Source of the DNA: an uncultured Verrucomicrobiota bacterium
Lineage (GTDB): Bacteria; Verrucomicrobiota; Verrucomicrobiia; Limisphaerales; J093
DNA: 64,000 bases
Reading direction: 5' to 3'
Assembly: GCA_964411985.1 (NCBI GenBank)
Contig: CAYPNF010000003.1
Location: 3,155 to 67,154, forward strand
The translations under genes were made by a program, and so were the position numbers. The first letter of the stretch is position 1; each line of letters opens with the position of its first letter. The notes beneath the pieces are model-generated. The model was not told the DNA's origin. It searched no databases and worked only from the letters and a program-made list of their open reading frames with translations. Positions 7,805 to 17,783 of the stretch are shown piece by piece.

Positions 7805-9281
7805 GAAAATCATCGTACTCGAGGACGACTTAATTGTACGAAAGAACCTCGAACAGCAGTTGAGGCAACGCCGTTTTGACGTTGCCTCCGCGGCGACTCT
7901 TGCCGCCGCCCAGGAGTTGTTGAACAAGGATTCCTGGGATTTGATTTTTGTGGATGTGCGACTGCCGGACGGGGATGGCACCGACCTTCTGCGGGAACTG
8001 CAGAACCGTCCCCAGCGCCCGCTGGTTGTCATCACGACCGGTTTCGGCTCCGTACAGTCCGCGGTAGAATGTATGCGGAACGGCGCCTTCGATTACCTTC
8101 TGAAACCGCACTCCGCCGAGCAACTCGATTTTACGCTCAAGAAGGCCGAAGAGTACACCCAACTGCTGAAGGTCAACCGCTACCTCAGCCATGAAAGTGA
8201 TGAAGACGCCCACCACGAACTGCTGGGGAAGAGCCCGTCGATGGAGGGACTGCGCCAACTCATCCGCAAAGTGGCTCGAACACAGGCGACGGTTCTCATC
8301 CAGGGAGAAAGCGGCACGGGAAAAGAACTGGTCGCCCGGGCCATCTACCGGCAAAGCCCGCGAGCCAATGCTCCCTTCATCAAGGTCAACTGCGCTGCCA
8401 TCCCCGAGAACCTGATCGAAAGCGAGTTCTTTGGGCATGAAAAGGGTGCCTTCACCGGGGCTTTGAACAAACGCGAGGGCCGGTTCGAACTGGCGCACGG
8501 CGGCACGATTCTGCTCGATGAAATCTCCGAGATCTCACCCTCCGTACAGGCCAAGCTTCTGCGGGTTCTCCAGGAACGGGAACTGGAGCGGGTGGGCGGC
8601 AACCGCACCATCCGCGTCGATGTCCGCGTCATCGCCACCACCAATCGCCATCTGGAACAAAGCATCGAACGGAAAGAATTCCGCCAGGACCTCTACTTCC
8701 GGCTCAATGTGGTGCCCATTCATGTTCCCCCCTTGCGGGAACGCCAGGAAGATATCCCCCATCTGACGGAGCAGTTCGTCCATCGATACTCCCGCAAACA
8801 CGGAGTCAAGGTGCAGGGAATCTCTGCCTCCTGCCTCGATGCCCTGCGCCACCACAACTGGCCCGGAAACGTCCGCGAACTCCAAAATGTCATGGAACGT
8901 GCAGTCATTCTGTGCGGGGACGGGGACATGATTGAAGTGGCGCAACTCGGGTTCTCGAGACTCATGGTCCCGGTGCAAGAAAACGTTCCGTCCGCAGCCA
9001 TTCCCGCTGTCGGCAACCAGCCAGCTCCGCTAGCACCGACCGCTCCTGTCCCCCCAACGGAGGTCGCAACCTTGGCCGAGTTGGAGAAACGTCACATTCT
9101 CGCAGCGCTGACCAAGACCGGCGGGAACCGCACGCACGCGGCGAAGCTGCTCGACATCAGCATCCGCACCTTGCGCAATAAGCTCAACGAGTACCGTGAG
9201 GCGGGCATCGATCTCGGCGGGAGCAACCCTTCGGAGGATGCGGAAGATGCCGGAGCCCCGGCGGAAGTCGCCGAGCGCTGA
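7794..9281 (+). CDS. sigma-54-dependent response regulator (NtrC/FleR-type)
   Basis: REC domain (VLEDD..LIFVDVRLPDGDG..LLKP), AAA+ domain (GESGTGKE, ESEFFGHEKGAFTGA) and a Fis-type HTH (GGNRTHAAKLLDISIRTLRNKL). Confidence 0.9.
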   Translation: MPIEKIIVLEDDLIVRKNLEQQLRQRRFDVASAATLAAAQELLNKDSWDLIFVDVRLPDGDGTDLLRELQNRPQRPLVVITTGFGSVQSAVECMRNGAFDYLLKPHSAEQLDFTLKKAEEYTQLLKVNRYLSHESDEDAHHELLGKSPSMEGLRQLIRKVARTQATVLIQGESGTGKELVARAIYRQSPRANAPFIKVNCAAIPENLIESEFFGHEKGAFTGALNKREGRFELAHGGTILLDEISEISPSVQAKLLRVLQERELERVGGNRTIRVDVRVIATTNRHLEQSIERKEFRQDLYFRLNVVPIHVPPLRERQEDIPHLTEQFVHRYSRKHGVKVQGISASCLDALRHHNWPGNVRELQNVMERAVILCGDGDMIEVAQLGFSRLMVPVQENVPSAAIPAVGNQPAPLAPTAPVPPTEVATLAELEKRHILAALTKTGGNRTHAAKLLDISIRTLRNKLNEYREAGIDLGGSNPSEDAEDAGAPAEVAER

Positions 9282-9326
9282 TTGCGGTTGCCGGCGTGGG
9301 CCCCCGCCCTGGCGCTTCAGGCGAAG

Positions 9327-11624
9327 CTAGGAGCTCAACACCCGGGCGACCAACTCCGTCGCTTCACGAACATTGTAGGGCTTGTTCAGGATCGGCGCCC
9401 CCACTTCGGACTCGACCCGGGCCGCTTCTTCCTCCTCGAGATAGCCTGACGCCAGCAGACATTTGATCTTCGGCCAGCGTTGCCGAGCGGCTTTGATCAG
9501 GTCCAGTCCACTACTCCCTGGCATGTTGTAGTCGGTCAGCAGGAGCCTGACTCCCTCACCTTGCGTCTCCAGTTGAGCCATCGCCTCCTCGGCATTCGAT
9601 GCCACGAGGACTTCGTAGCCGGCCGAGGTGAGAAAAGCCTTGGTAAACTCCAGAATGAAATCCATGTCATCCACCACCATCACCGTTCCCACCCCCGCGA
9701 CCAAACCCGGCTCGGCACTGTGAGGCCGTTCGGTCGCACCCGCATGAACCGTCGGGAAGAACAGGTGAAACGTCGTGCCCAACCCGGGCGCGGAGTCAAT
9801 CTCCAGAAAGCCTCCAGCCCGGGAAACCACATTGTGCACGATGGCCAGACCCAGGCCGGTTCCTTTTCCTTTCGCTTTTGTGGTGAAGAACGGGTCAAAA
9901 ATGCGCGGTAACACCTCGGGAGGAATGCCCGTCCCCGTGTCTTTGACACTACAACAAACAAACTCGGTGCCCACGGGCCGTCCGGTCCGCTGCGACTGTT
10001 CCGCGTTCAGGTTCAGCAAGCGGTTGGCAATCCTAAGGCAGCCTCCGTTGGGCATGGCGTCCTGGGCGTTCACCGCCAAGTTCAGGAGGAGCTGGTTGGC
10101 TCGGGTATTGTCCAGCCGGACGTTTGCCGGTTTGTCGGGAAGCTCCAGGTGCAGTTCCACGCGCCCCTTCAAAGTCCGCCGAATCAGGTGGCTGACCTCC
10201 TGAACCACGCGATTCAGGTCGAGCACAACTTCTCGTTCCTCTTCAGACCGGCTGAAGGAGAGCAGTTGCTGGGTAATCTCCGCTGCCCGGGCTGCCGCCT
10301 GGTCAATCTGGTTCAAACGGAACAACACCCCATCGGCCAGCTTCGAATCCAACTGCAGGAGCGTGATATTCCCCCGGATCGCCAGCAAGAGGTTGTTGAA
10401 ATCATGCGCCACCCCGGCCGCCAGTGCACCCACGGTCTCCATCTTCTGGGACTGGAACAGCTGGGCTTGCAGATGGCAGAATTTCGTCTCGTCCACCACC
10501 ACGTAGTTCACCCCCAACACCCGGTCCCCATGCTTCCAGGGAGTCACCTTCACCAGCCAGTGCTGCCCATTGTCCAGAGACTCGCGCAGCTCCTGCGGAG
10601 TGCCTTGGGCCAGGACTCCCTCAAGAATCGCCCGCAGTTCCTCCCGTCGAACCGGATCCTTCACATAATCCAGCAAGGGAACTCCCACCGAAGGGATTTC
10701 CGGGAAATCGAGCCAACCCTGCCCTTGGGGAAGGTTGCTCCCATTACGGTTAAAGTGCTGCAACCGAAATTCACGATCCACCGTGTAAATCGCGGCGTCG
10801 ACCGAGTTGATGATACTCTGCGTGTAATCGCGCTCCAACTGCAGGTCAGTCTGGAGTTTCTTCTGCGCGCTGATGTCGCGCTCGAAGGCCACGCATCCCA
10901 GCAGGGAGCCGTTCTTGTCATGGATCGGTGACACCGCCGCTTCGACGAAGTAGGAGGTGGAATCGGCCCGGCAGTTGAGGAACTCCCCTCTCCAATCCTT
11001 CCCCTGAAGGACCGCGGCCTGGCAAGCCGCCTGTTTCGATGCCTCGGAACTGGCACGGAGGAACCCGATGTCCTGGCCCATCGCCTCCTCAATGGTATGA
11101 CCCGTTACCTGCTGGAAGGCGGCGTTGACAAAAGACAGATGAAAATCGGGGTCGGTGATATACACCACATCCATGGTGGAATTCACGGCCGTGATCAACC
11201 TCTGGACGTGGGACTCCATGCGCCATCGCCGACTGGCGTCTTTGACGGAGACCAATGAAAAATCCTCCCCTAAAGGGGTGACTTGCAGGTCGGCGATGAG
11301 GCTCAACTGGCCCCGGCAGAGTAGGGAAACGGAAGTAAGGGTCTCCTGGCGCCCCGCAGTGCGGGTCAGCAATTCGGAGAGTTTGCGGACCGAAGCCGGT
11401 GTCAGAAAGGCGGGTAGCACGAAGGCCGGAAGGACGGCGTCGTTGGACAGGCCAAGTAACTGCCGCGCCTTGCGGTTGGCTTCCACCACCGCCCCGTCGT
11501 GCCTGCAAACCAACTGGGCGTCTTCGGATGCCTCAAAAAGGCACCGCCACCAGTGGCCCCTGGCTTGAACTTCGTCTCTCGGCTCCACTCCGTTATCCGT
11601 TGACACTCTTGAGTCACCAACCAT
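9327..11624 (-). CDS. PAS-domain hybrid sensor histidine kinase
   Basis: PAS regions, H-box (GVAHDFNNLLLAIRG), HATPase (DTGTGIP..GKGTGLGLAIV) and a C-terminal REC (VMVVDDMDF..LLLTDYNMPGSSG..ILNKPY). The track start at 11636 is TTG; the first ATG is at 11624. Confidence 0.9.
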   Translation of the reverse strand: MVGDSRVSTDNGVEPRDEVQARGHWWRCLFEASEDAQLVCRHDGAVVEANRKARQLLGLSNDAVLPAFVLPAFLTPASVRKLSELLTRTAGRQETLTSVSLLCRGQLSLIADLQVTPLGEDFSLVSVKDASRRWRMESHVQRLITAVNSTMDVVYITDPDFHLSFVNAAFQQVTGHTIEEAMGQDIGFLRASSEASKQAACQAAVLQGKDWRGEFLNCRADSTSYFVEAAVSPIHDKNGSLLGCVAFERDISAQKKLQTDLQLERDYTQSIINSVDAAIYTVDREFRLQHFNRNGSNLPQGQGWLDFPEIPSVGVPLLDYVKDPVRREELRAILEGVLAQGTPQELRESLDNGQHWLVKVTPWKHGDRVLGVNYVVVDETKFCHLQAQLFQSQKMETVGALAAGVAHDFNNLLLAIRGNITLLQLDSKLADGVLFRLNQIDQAAARAAEITQQLLSFSRSEEEREVVLDLNRVVQEVSHLIRRTLKGRVELHLELPDKPANVRLDNTRANQLLLNLAVNAQDAMPNGGCLRIANRLLNLNAEQSQRTGRPVGTEFVCCSVKDTGTGIPPEVLPRIFDPFFTTKAKGKGTGLGLAIVHNVVSRAGGFLEIDSAPGLGTTFHLFFPTVHAGATERPHSAEPGLVAGVGTVMVVDDMDFILEFTKAFLTSAGYEVLVASNAEEAMAQLETQGEGVRLLLTDYNMPGSSGLDLIKAARQRWPKIKCLLASGYLEEEEAARVESEVGAPILNKPYNVREATELVARVLSS

Positions 11625-11685
11625 ATTGAATCCCAAGTCGCGGCGTCCCTTGCCCCTTCGTCAGCTTTGATTCGCCGTTAGGAGT

Positions 11686-11712
11686 ATGTCGGCAGAACCA
11701 CGGGGGTGCTTA
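11686..11712 (-). promoter_or_regulatory. sigma-28-like promoter TAAG-N15-GCCGACAT
   Basis: The minus strand reads cacTTAAGcacccccgtggttctGCCGACATac. It lies about 60 nt upstream of the kinase ATG at 11624. Confidence 0.35.
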
Positions 11713-11811
11713 AGTGAACAGCGGGGAAATCTGCGTCTGCAAGAGGGGAAAGTCCGCCCCAGGCCAGAGACAATAAGCCCCTACGGACCAAAAAGATAGG
11801 ATCCCGCCTGG

Positions 11812-13095
11812 CTAACAGTAGACCAACAAGGACTGAGTAATGGGATTCACCCGGTTGTGGTTCCGCAGCTTGTCGATGAAAGGCTCGCTCAGGACTTGGC
11901 CTTCCGCCGCCAGCAGCAAACCACTGGCAGTGTAGATCCCTTTGGCGAGCACCATGCCGGGACGTAACTCGGAGAGCAGAACCTCCCGTTCGCGTTGTGG
12001 CATGGAGGCCTTGGGCAACGACCTGAGGAAAAGCCTCACCGCATCGGGATCAAATTGGCTGGCGCTCCCCAAGCGGACAAACTCGACCGCGTTACGGCGG
12101 TCAAAGTTGCACTCAGCATACGCAACCGCCACCGAAAGCACTCGGCCAAGCCATGGAATATCCTCCCCGGCCAGTCGATCAGGGTATCCCCCGCCATCGT
12201 AGCGTTCGTGGTGCGAGCGGATAATGACTCCCACCTTCTCCAGACTATGCACGAACCTTGTAAGATCCTGACCCAGAACAGGATGTTGTTCGATCAAGGT
12301 TCGTTCCGCTTCATCCAGAGTGGTTGGTTCCCGCTGCCATTTCCGAATCAGGCTCCGGGGCACGCCCACCAAGCCGATGTCATAAAGCAGGGCGGCTATC
12401 TCCAACGCCTGCCGGTCATCGGCAGAGATGTCCATCGTCGTAGAAAGCGCCCGGCAAAGCTCACTCACCCTGCGGGCCTGGCTGCCGAGCGAGGGATAGT
12501 ACGTCTCCATCGTCTTGAGACAGAGCTGTACGGATTGCTCCAGATTCTGGCGCAACGCCCGGTTCAGGTCCTCCAACTGCTGGTTCTGATCGGCTACCCG
12601 CCGGAATTGCTCTTCCAGAGACTTGTTCAGCGCGCTCAGTTTCTCGTTCATCGCCAGGGTGGCCGCCTGCAGCACAGCATTCCGGCAAATGAGGTCGTAC
12701 CGTTGCGCTGCATTCCGCACCGTCGCCATCAACTCCTCGCGCAACCAGGGCTTAACAATGAAACGATAGATTTCGCCTTTGTTGATCGCATCGATGACCG
12801 TGTTGAGGCTCAGCACGGCGGTAATCAGAATGCGCGTGGCATCAGGCTGGATCTGCTTCACCTGCGCCAGGAACTCCAACCCGGTCAGCTGCGGCATCTG
12901 TTGGTCCGTCAAAATGACGGAGAACGGCCCCTGTTTGAGCAACTCCAGAGCCTGGATTGCGTTCAGTGCCGTCACCACCTGGTATCCCTCGCGCCGCAAT
13001 GTCTCCCGCAAGGCAACCAACACAATTTCCTCATCGTCTACCACGAGGATCCGGTGCAGAGCCGGGTCGATGGAGGAGTGGTCAGGATTCATCAT
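11812..13095 (-). CDS. response regulator with HD-GYP c-di-GMP phosphodiesterase domain
   Basis: REC domain (ILVVDDEEIV..VILTDQQMPQLTG..FIVKPW) and HD-GYP domain (LYDIGLVGVP..HHERYDGGGYP). Confidence 0.9.
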   Translation of the reverse strand: MMNPDHSSIDPALHRILVVDDEEIVLVALRETLRREGYQVVTALNAIQALELLKQGPFSVILTDQQMPQLTGLEFLAQVKQIQPDATRILITAVLSLNTVIDAINKGEIYRFIVKPWLREELMATVRNAAQRYDLICRNAVLQAATLAMNEKLSALNKSLEEQFRRVADQNQQLEDLNRALRQNLEQSVQLCLKTMETYYPSLGSQARRVSELCRALSTTMDISADDRQALEIAALLYDIGLVGVPRSLIRKWQREPTTLDEAERTLIEQHPVLGQDLTRFVHSLEKVGVIIRSHHERYDGGGYPDRLAGEDIPWLGRVLSVAVAYAECNFDRRNAVEFVRLGSASQFDPDAVRLFLRSLPKASMPQREREVLLSELRPGMVLAKGIYTASGLLLAAEGQVLSEPFIDKLRNHNRVNPITQSLLVYC

Positions 13096-13110
13096 AGCAA
13101 TCTTAGCAGT

Positions 13111-15138
13111 CTAGAATTCAGGCAAACAGCGTTTCAAGCGGTCCACAATCTCGTTCTCAGCCAAGTCGGGCACGATCACCAGATCCGTCATCTGAAGCAC
13201 AGAGGTTTCCATTTCGTCAGAATGGCACCCCACCAATTGCAGCACATTCTTCATGACGATCCCCCTTTGCCGTACCGCCGCAAAGAGCGCCAACAAGTCG
13301 CGGTCCCGCGATTCCGCCACCACCATCATGGCGGCAAACTGATACTCGCCTGACTCGAGCAGATCGAGGGCATGCCCTTCCGAAGCCGCGGCCACAACGT
13401 GGTAGTCATGACAACGCCAGAACTCCGCCGTGCTGTCCAAGACTCCATCCGCCCGCCCCACTACCAGCAGACTTCGGCGTTGAGTCGCAGAAGTCTCCCC
13501 TGCCCGGTCCGCTTCCGTAAAGTCTGCTTCAGGCAGCCAAAGGTGGAAGGTAGTGCCCACGCCCTCCATGGAATCGACGCTGATACAACCACTTTGCTTT
13601 TCCACGAAAAGCCGCGCGTTGTAGAGTCCGAGGCCAGAACCCTTATTCATGGCCTTGGTGGTGAAGAAAGGGTCAAAGATCGACGCCAGATGCCTGGGCT
13701 TGATCCCGCACCCGGTGTCCTGCACCGTCAACCGCACTGCGGGCAACCGTGGCGCCACCCCCCGCAAAATTGGCATCTCCGGCAGAACCTCGTGACGCGA
13801 CGTCTTCAGCGAGAGTTGCCCCCCTTGAGGCATCGCTTCCGCAGCGTTCAGCGTCAGGTTGATGATGACTTGGCGGAAATCCACTGGGTCCACGTAGAGC
13901 GGCAGGGAATCGGGCGCATTCTCCGTCGTAATCGTGATCCGCCGCGGGAGAATCTTCTTCACCAAATCCACCAACTCCTGCACCAGCTCGTTCAAATCGC
14001 AGTATTGGCTGGTCCCGGTCTTGCCATGGTGCAAGTGGATGATCTTGTGCACCAATTGGTGGGCCTGAAGCGAATTCTGCTTAATCAGGGACATCCCCTC
14101 GCAGAAGGGATGTCCGGACTCGAGCTGAGAAAGGATCGTTTCACTCAAGGAAACGATGCCTGCCATAATGTTGGAGAAGTCATGGGCCAACCCCATCGTC
14201 AGCACCGCCAGTGTCTCCTTCCAGGCGGCGGAGGAAAGCCGTTTCTCCGCAATAACCTGCCGAGTGACATCGAGCCAGACCCCCTCATAACCCAAAAGCA
14301 GCCCGCTGGGGGTGGCCACCGCCTGACGGTATTCCAACAAATAGGACACCCTCCCGGTTCGGGCGTGGCGAACGCGAAAAGTCGACGTCCCACTCCGCTT
14401 CTCCAAGGCGCTTCGCCGGATGCTTTGTTGAAACTCCTCCTGGTCTCCCTCGTGCAATACCTGCCAGAAACACTGCGGTTGTTGACACCATTCCGCCGGA
14501 GCAATCCCCACCAACTCCTGAATGTTCTGACTAACAAACAGGAAGGACAGGTCCGCCCTCTGGGTAAAGATCACCCCCGGCCACCTGCGAACCAAATTGT
14601 CGACCTGCGCTTCCGATCGAAGACAGCGCACGAACAACTCCCGCCGGGCGGCCGCAGTGCCCAGGTGCTCATCCCAACTGGCTTCCCGAAGCTCCGCAGC
14701 CGGTGGCAAGGCAGAGGATAACCGCACCGTCCGGCCGCCCGGATGGCAAATCGACTCCAACACGTAGAACGATTTGGCCCCCAGCCGATCCATAGCGAGA
14801 TGGACCACCTTGACCGGAATTGTCTCGGCACGCACCGCCCCCAGAGTGTCACGCCACTCCGGACACCGGTCCTCCAAACAATCCCACAGACTTCTCCCCA
14901 CCAACCGATGGGGCTGCTGTCCCAGCCAGCACGAAAGCCAATCATCAATAGAGACGATGGTTTCTTCGGAATTCAACACCGCATAGCCTCGCTCTAACCA
15001 TCCAGAGGCAAGTTCCAGGGAGGGAACCCCTGCAGCAGCGGACTCCGCTTCCGACGCGACCTCCCGGGGATGAGACTCTGGAATAGCCATGCCAGCTTCC
15101 GGATTCAGGATCGATGATTCTCGAGCAAAACAAGCCAC
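13111..15138 (-). CDS. PAS sensor histidine kinase with degenerate C-terminal receiver
   Basis: H-box (GLAHDFSNIMAGI) and HATPase (DTGCGIKP..GSGLGLYNA). The C-terminal receiver-like region has no acidic pocket (LLVVGRADGV..AAMMVVAESRD). The start is GTG 15138 or ATG 15090. Only 15 nt separate it from the HD-GYP gene. Confidence 0.85.
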   Translation of the reverse strand: MACFARESSILNPEAGMAIPESHPREVASEAESAAAGVPSLELASGWLERGYAVLNSEETIVSIDDWLSCWLGQQPHRLVGRSLWDCLEDRCPEWRDTLGAVRAETIPVKVVHLAMDRLGAKSFYVLESICHPGGRTVRLSSALPPAAELREASWDEHLGTAAARRELFVRCLRSEAQVDNLVRRWPGVIFTQRADLSFLFVSQNIQELVGIAPAEWCQQPQCFWQVLHEGDQEEFQQSIRRSALEKRSGTSTFRVRHARTGRVSYLLEYRQAVATPSGLLLGYEGVWLDVTRQVIAEKRLSSAAWKETLAVLTMGLAHDFSNIMAGIVSLSETILSQLESGHPFCEGMSLIKQNSLQAHQLVHKIIHLHHGKTGTSQYCDLNELVQELVDLVKKILPRRITITTENAPDSLPLYVDPVDFRQVIINLTLNAAEAMPQGGQLSLKTSRHEVLPEMPILRGVAPRLPAVRLTVQDTGCGIKPRHLASIFDPFFTTKAMNKGSGLGLYNARLFVEKQSGCISVDSMEGVGTTFHLWLPEADFTEADRAGETSATQRRSLLVVGRADGVLDSTAEFWRCHDYHVVAAASEGHALDLLESGEYQFAAMMVVAESRDRDLLALFAAVRQRGIVMKNVLQLVGCHSDEMETSVLQMTDLVIVPDLAENEIVDRLKRCLPEF

Positions 15139-15424
15139 TCCCCCAACGCCAAGGGGGCGCAGAAGTTCCTTCGCTTGCCTGTCCCCTGGTCTGGCCAGGG
15201 CACGTTCATCATAAATGTCTGACTATCTATCGGTAACTCATTCCTCCTGCTTGAGGCCGATCGATCCCCAACAGGAAGTGCGGAGGCACTCGCCCCCACT
15301 GGCATTACGCCGCGCCTGATTTCCTTCATTGAATCACAACCCGACCCGCTTGTAAATCGGTACACAGAGTGCGTTTCCCCTTGACGCAGGCCCCGGCGCT
15401 CGGAAGATAGCCACGAAGCGATTC

Positions 15425-17344
15425 ATGAGTGAATCCAGCCACCAATCCAACTTGGCCAGCCTGAGGTCTGCTGTCTTTATAACGGATCCGCACGGGTGCG
15501 TCCTTCAATGGAGCGAAACCGCCACGCGCCTTTTGGGGTGGGAGGAGACAGAGGTCTTGGGGCATCCGTGGTGGTCGCGGCTTCACGCGGAACTCCAGGA
15601 TGCCGTTCAGAGTGAGTTTCCATCTGACTCATCCACAACTACTTGTGATCAAGAATACCTGGTAAATCACCCATCCGGCCGGGTCTTTTGGATTCATGTG
15701 ACCTACCACCGACTCACCTCCCCATTCGCCCCCTCGGGAGGTTGGATCGCGACCTGCTGCGAGAAGCCCCATGACTCCCCAGCAGGGCAGCAGGCAAGAC
15801 AGGGCGACCTGCAACTCGAAGCCCTCATGAACGCCATCCACGATGCGGTGATCACGCTCGATAGCGACCTCCGGATCGTCGGTTTCAACCCGGCTGCAGA
15901 GAAAGTCTTTGGATACAAGCAAAGGGACGTCCTGAATCAATCCTCCAGGAGGTTCCCGCCGCTCTTTTCCACCCTCAGCCACCTACTTAGTTCGCACCAC
16001 CAGAGTGGCGCCCCCCTTTCTCGCCAGCCAGACCAAATGGCAGGACAACGTGCCAGCGGACAGTCTTTTCCCATGGAGGCCACGGTAAGCAGCCTCACTC
16101 TCTCTGGCCATCGCCTCTACACCATCGTCCTCCAAGATGTCACCGACCAACGCCAGCGGCAGCAAGCCATGGCGCAATCGCAAAAAATGCTGGCCATTGG
16201 AGCCCTGGCCAGCGGAGTGGCCCATGACTTCAACAACATCCTCACCGCCATCCTCTCCCATCTGGATCTGCTCTCTTCGACCCCAGACATCTCAGAGGCG
16301 GCTCGGGAGAACCTCACCTACGCTCAGACCAGCGCCCGGCGGGGCGCGGAATTGGTGAGCCGCCTGCTCACTTTCAGCAGGCAGACGGAAGGAAAACGCG
16401 AAGCCATCAGCCTGCAGGATTCCAGCGTGGAGGTGGTGGCCATGCTGCGCCGCAGCATCGACCGCCGTATCCAAATCGAGCACGAACTCGTCAGCCAACC
16501 CCTGTGGCTCGTCGAGGGAGACGCCAGCCAGTTGATGCAAGTCTTGATGAATCTTTGCATCAACGCCCGCGATGCGATGCCTGAGGGCGGAACGATCACC
16601 GTGCGTCTCGAGAACGTTGTTTGTTCACGGCCTGAGGGCGAGTCCCTGCGGGGAATCAATGAGTTCGTTAAGCTCACCGTAGCCGATACGGGCCAAGGCA
16701 TGCCCCCGGAGGTGCTGGGCCGACTCTTCGAACCCTATTTCACGACCAAGGCGGTCGGTAAAGGAACCGGATTGGGACTCTCCATCGCCTATAGCGTGGT
16801 AACCGAGCACGGCGGGTGGATGGAGGTGGAGAGCAAGCTGGGACAAGGTAGCCACTTCTGCGCCTATTTCCCCCGAGCTCAAGCAGCGACGCAACCCCAG
16901 GTGGAAACCTCCAAAGCCAGGCCCGAATCTGCCACTGCTCTTGAGGGAACCGAGCACATCCTGGTCGTGGATGATGATGAGATGGTCCGGCTGGTCGTGC
17001 GGGCCGTGTTGAGCTATCGCGGCTATCAGGTCCTGGAAGCCAATGACGGCTTGGAGGGAGTCCAGAAGTACTCCGAAGCCGAACCCCGGCCTGACCTCGT
17101 GCTCTTGGATTTGAATATGCCTCGCCTCAACGGATGGGATGCCATGGAGAGAATCCGTCTGACGAACCCAAAAGCCGCCATCGTGTTACTCAGCGGGGGG
17201 ATGACAGAGGGGGAAGTAGACCGAGCCCTCACCTCAGGCGCGCGGGAATTCCTCGTCAAGCCGTTCGAGAATCAAGACCTCCTCCGGGCTGTCAGAAAAG
17301 TGCTGGACGAAGCCCACGCCACCTCACCAAACGACCCCCAGTGA
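15425..17344 (+). CDS. PAS-domain hybrid sensor histidine kinase
   Basis: Two PAS-like regions, H-box (GVAHDFNNILTAI), HATPase (DTGQGMPP..GKGTGLGLSIA) and REC (ILVVDDDEMV..LVLLDLNMPRLNG..FLVKPF). Confidence 0.9.
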   Translation: MSESSHQSNLASLRSAVFITDPHGCVLQWSETATRLLGWEETEVLGHPWWSRLHAELQDAVQSEFPSDSSTTTCDQEYLVNHPSGRVFWIHVTYHRLTSPFAPSGGWIATCCEKPHDSPAGQQARQGDLQLEALMNAIHDAVITLDSDLRIVGFNPAAEKVFGYKQRDVLNQSSRRFPPLFSTLSHLLSSHHQSGAPLSRQPDQMAGQRASGQSFPMEATVSSLTLSGHRLYTIVLQDVTDQRQRQQAMAQSQKMLAIGALASGVAHDFNNILTAILSHLDLLSSTPDISEAARENLTYAQTSARRGAELVSRLLTFSRQTEGKREAISLQDSSVEVVAMLRRSIDRRIQIEHELVSQPLWLVEGDASQLMQVLMNLCINARDAMPEGGTITVRLENVVCSRPEGESLRGINEFVKLTVADTGQGMPPEVLGRLFEPYFTTKAVGKGTGLGLSIAYSVVTEHGGWMEVESKLGQGSHFCAYFPRAQAATQPQVETSKARPESATALEGTEHILVVDDDEMVRLVVRAVLSYRGYQVLEANDGLEGVQKYSEAEPRPDLVLLDLNMPRLNGWDAMERIRLTNPKAAIVLLSGGMTEGEVDRALTSGAREFLVKPFENQDLLRAVRKVLDEAHATSPNDPQ

Positions 17345-17370
17345 TACGATCACCCGCGCCTGGGTGAATC

Positions 17371-17763
17371 TCAGGAATAGGACTGCCAGAGAGCCTCGCG
17401 ACTCGGCGCGTAGGCCCGGCGAATCTGCCTCAAGTTCCGAGAACTGCGGTCCAACTCGTCCTTTTGCCGACGAGCTTTTTGCTTCTGATCCTCAATCAGC
17501 TCGCCATTTCGCATCTCCAGAAGGATAAGCTCCCCCACAACTTTGCGAATCTGAGTCTCCACGTCGGAAAGCGGCTGCCCCATCGCTTTCGAAACCGCCT
17601 GAAACCGATCCGTCGCGGCCAGAATCTGCCCTTGCAGTTCCAGCTTCGCCGCCTGACATTCGTCCACCTGTTCCCACGCCCCCGCCCGGATCCCCTCGGC
17701 TTCGTTGTCCGTGAGCCCCCGCCATCGGCTATACAAGCTGAACAGTTCCTGCCCCGTGCTCAT
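17371..17763 (-). CDS. FliT/FlgN-like helical protein (putative flagellar chaperone)
   Basis: 130-aa helical ORF 20 nt downstream of fliS, the position fliT takes in fliD-fliS-fliT clusters. WRGLTDNEAEGIRAGAWEQVDECQ recalls the FliT GEWDLL region. Similarity is by eye only. Confidence 0.4.
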   Translation of the reverse strand: MSTGQELFSLYSRWRGLTDNEAEGIRAGAWEQVDECQAAKLELQGQILAATDRFQAVSKAMGQPLSDVETQIRKVVGELILLEMRNGELIEDQKQKARRQKDELDRSSRNLRQIRRAYAPSREALWQSYS

Positions 17764-17783
17764 AAGATCGCTACCAAAGTCTC

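Noticed and set aside
11995-13353. 452-aa plus-strand ORF
   Set aside because: It is antisense to the well-supported HD-GYP regulator and kinase genes. The sequence is rich in Arg, Pro, Gln, His and Leu with no recognisable motifs, which is a typical shadow ORF in GC-rich DNA.
13372-14721. 449-aa plus-strand ORF
   Set aside because: It is antisense to the PAS histidine kinase, has low-complexity basic composition and shows no domain signature.
15227-15258. TCAAGCAG..ACCGATAG upstream of the 13111-15138 kinase as a sigma-28 promoter
   Set aside because: The spacer is off by one, the -10 starts with A and the -35 is poor. It is weaker than all listed sites.
15105-15365. 86-aa minus-strand ORF in the divergent gap
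   Set aside because: It overlaps the kinase 5' end out of frame. It has no recognisable features or Shine-Dalgarno.
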